64,000 nucleotides of DNA from a virus, in the IMG/VR virus record IMGVR_UViG_3300045988_147856, one strand, 5' to 3'. Position numbers and translations under genes: made by a program. Numbering within the stretch: the first letter of the stretch is position 1; each line of letters starts with the position of its first letter. Positions 62,846-64,000 of the stretch are shown here, in pieces. The notes under the pieces are model-generated. The model was not told where the DNA came from. It did no database searches and was given only the letters and a program-made list of their open reading frames with translations.

Positions 62846-62995
62846 TCAATCAGTAACCACGAGCACAATAGAAGGTCCACTCGCTACAATTTCATCATCT
62901 CTATATGGCTCTACTATTGTCGCCTCCACACCCTCGCGCTTTTTAAGTTCTTCCACGAGGTCTTTTGTGGATATCTCAGTAAGAGAATAACTCAT
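62846..62995 (-). CDS. BC1881-family-like small protein (49 aa)
   Basis: MSYSLTEISTKDLVEELKKREGVEATIVEPY.. with RBS AAAGGAG. Confidence 0.5.
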   Translation of the reverse strand: MSYSLTEISTKDLVEELKKREGVEATIVEPYRDDEIVASGPSIVLVVTD

Positions 62996-63176
62996 TTAGC
63001 ACACTCCTTTGCTTCGCACCATTTTGCCGATGTCGGCAATTTGGTTAATATAAGATTTTATCAGTGCCCTGCGGAAACTGTCTACTCCTCATCAGTGGAG
63101 CGACTTTCTATCCGCAGGGTCTTTTAGTTCCCGCCGCGAGTTCACGGCTTTGTAAACCCTACGACTCGTCTACCGC

Positions 63177-63263
63177 TTATGGTGCGGCGCATCCTCGTAG
63201 AGCGTAATCAGTAACTGCATAACCGCCATTATTACAGTTTGCAAAAAGAAGTAGATTTTCCAT
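63177..63263 (-). CDS. 28-aa peptide ORF
   Basis: RBS AGGAG lies 5 nt before the ATG. MENLLLFANCNNGGYAVTDYALRGCAAP. Confidence 0.3.
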   Translation of the reverse strand: MENLLLFANCNNGGYAVTDYALRGCAAP

Positions 63264-63314
63264 TTAAACTCCTGCACCCATAGTTAATGGTGAGATAGAC
63301 TGTCCATCTCGCCA

Positions 63315-63420
63315 CTTTAAGTCCCTACTTACGGCAAGGGATTTCCGCTTTTTTAAGTCCCAACTTACGGTATGGGATAACCGCTTTTTTAAGTCCTGCT
63401 TTTACGGCGCAGGATCTCCG
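63315..63420 (+). repeat. Three tandem 33-37-nt units, each a hairpin with compensatory changes
   Basis: - Units: 63315-63347, 63348-63383 and 63384-63420.
- Stems: TCCCT/AGGGA, TCCCA/TGGGA, TCCTGC/GCAGGA.
- The conserved G-T wobble pairs only on the plus strand. Confidence 0.6.
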
Positions 63421-63446
63421 CTTAGACATGGGTGACAGAAGTATCG

Positions 63447-63551
63447 TTATATCACGCCAAGGCTCGCGAGCAGCTGGATAATTGCCACAATAGCAATACC
63501 ACCAGTGAGAGCAAAGACGTTTAAAAAGTTGTAGATCAATGCAATCAGCAT
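63447..63551 (-). CDS. 34-aa hydrophobic peptide
   Basis: RBS GGAGAG. MLIALIYNFLNVFALTGGIAIVAIIQLLASLGVI lies 12 nt downstream of the HU-like gene. Confidence 0.35.
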   Translation of the reverse strand: MLIALIYNFLNVFALTGGIAIVAIIQLLASLGVI

Positions 63552-63563
63552 AATATCTCTCCT

Positions 63564-63854
63564 TTACAGGTCGGCGTAGTCGGGCTCAGTGCTCGGGAAG
63601 AACGCTACGCCCGGCACGAACTTAATAACATCCGACGGCTCCGGCACACACATCTCTCCCGTTACCGGGTGTCGGTAAGGCTTCGGCTTACGCCTAACCT
63701 TCTGAAATGTACCAAAACCATATATTGACAGCTTATCTCCGTCGTTAACGACCTTGGAGATAGCGTTGCACACTGCATTAATGCAGAACTCTGAATCACC
63801 GAGGGTGAGAGAGTTATCTTTCGCCACAAGTCTTATAAGTTCCTTGCGATTCAA
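63564..63854 (-). CDS. hup: HU/IHF-family DNA-binding protein
   Basis: NRKELIRLVA...FGTFQKVRRKPKPYRHPVTGEM. RBS AGGAAG precedes the TTG at 63854. The listed ORF extends upstream to 63980. Confidence 0.75.
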   Translation of the reverse strand: MNRKELIRLVAKDNSLTLGDSEFCINAVCNAISKVVNDGDKLSIYGFGTFQKVRRKPKPYRHPVTGEMCVPEPSDVIKFVPGVAFFPSTEPDYADL

Positions 63855-64000
63855 ATTATCTTCCTTTCTTTCCTCAAAAGGCGACAAGCTTCGTCGCCGA
63901 CTCAATGTTATAACCATCTTTATCGAGACACACATAAATACAACCCTGCTGCTGAGAGTTAACCAACGCGCCGTCACCATATCTCATTTTCTGTGTCTCA

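Noticed and set aside
63067-63119. A CUGAUGAG plus GAAAGUC combination suggested a hammerhead ribozyme.
   Set aside because: GAAA and GUC are adjacent with no stem III, and only 6 nt separate GUC from CUGAUGA, so there is no stem I. The three-way junction cannot form.
1-64000. Searched for a diversity-generating retroelement, a retron or a CRISPR-Cas locus.
   Set aside because: - No reverse-transcriptase motif (YxDD) is present in any ORF.
- No template/variable repeat pair was found in the fibre genes.
- No cas-like genes are present.

Overview
The window covers most of a temperate, siphovirus-type phage genome from a low-GC Gram-positive host. Supporting signals are AGGAGG ribosome-binding sites, TTGACA-16/17-TATAAT promoters and an XhlA/holin/amidase lysis cassette.

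Layout:
- Plus-strand arm (1-24.2 kb): antirepressor, three DNA methyltransferases, an SPFH protein and a trifunctional Pnkp-type RNA repair enzyme. Next comes a replication block (Sak4-like ATPase, SSB, Cas4-like nuclease, primase-helicase, Pol III alpha). It ends with many small zinc-ribbon ORFs, an HNH endonuclease, NrdH/NrdD/NrdG and dUTPase.
- Minus-strand arm (60.4 down to 24.3 kb): terminase, portal, head, tail, tape measure, Dit, Tal, fibre/baseplate proteins and lysis.
- Right end: three phage tRNAs (Gln, Thr, Met) at 60.47-61.12 kb. An attP-like copy of the 3' 45 nt of a tRNA-Asn follows, next to a tyrosine integrase, an excisionase-like gene, small ORFs and an HU-like gene.

Main hunt result: the tape-measure gene is split at about 44.6/40.6 kb by a group I intron-like ribozyme core, with P, Q, R and S elements in the canonical order. 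Its 3' peripheral region is closed by a 12-13 bp long-range pairing and encloses a 3.6 kb autonomous cargo island. That island holds an AbiQ/ToxN-type type III toxin-antitoxin with 33-nt RNA repeats, a type I TA-like pair, an orphan 346-aa protein and other small units.

Other notable items:
- a circularly permuted C5-cytosine methyltransferase whose catalytic Pro-Cys motif lies upstream of any canonical start
- a second accessory island (Panacea-domain antitoxin, lipoprotein) between Dit and the tape measure
- an HNH gene that duplicates the N-terminus of its downstream neighbour
- three tandem hairpin repeats with compensatory changes near the right edge

All family calls come from motif recognition by eye. 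No database search was run.
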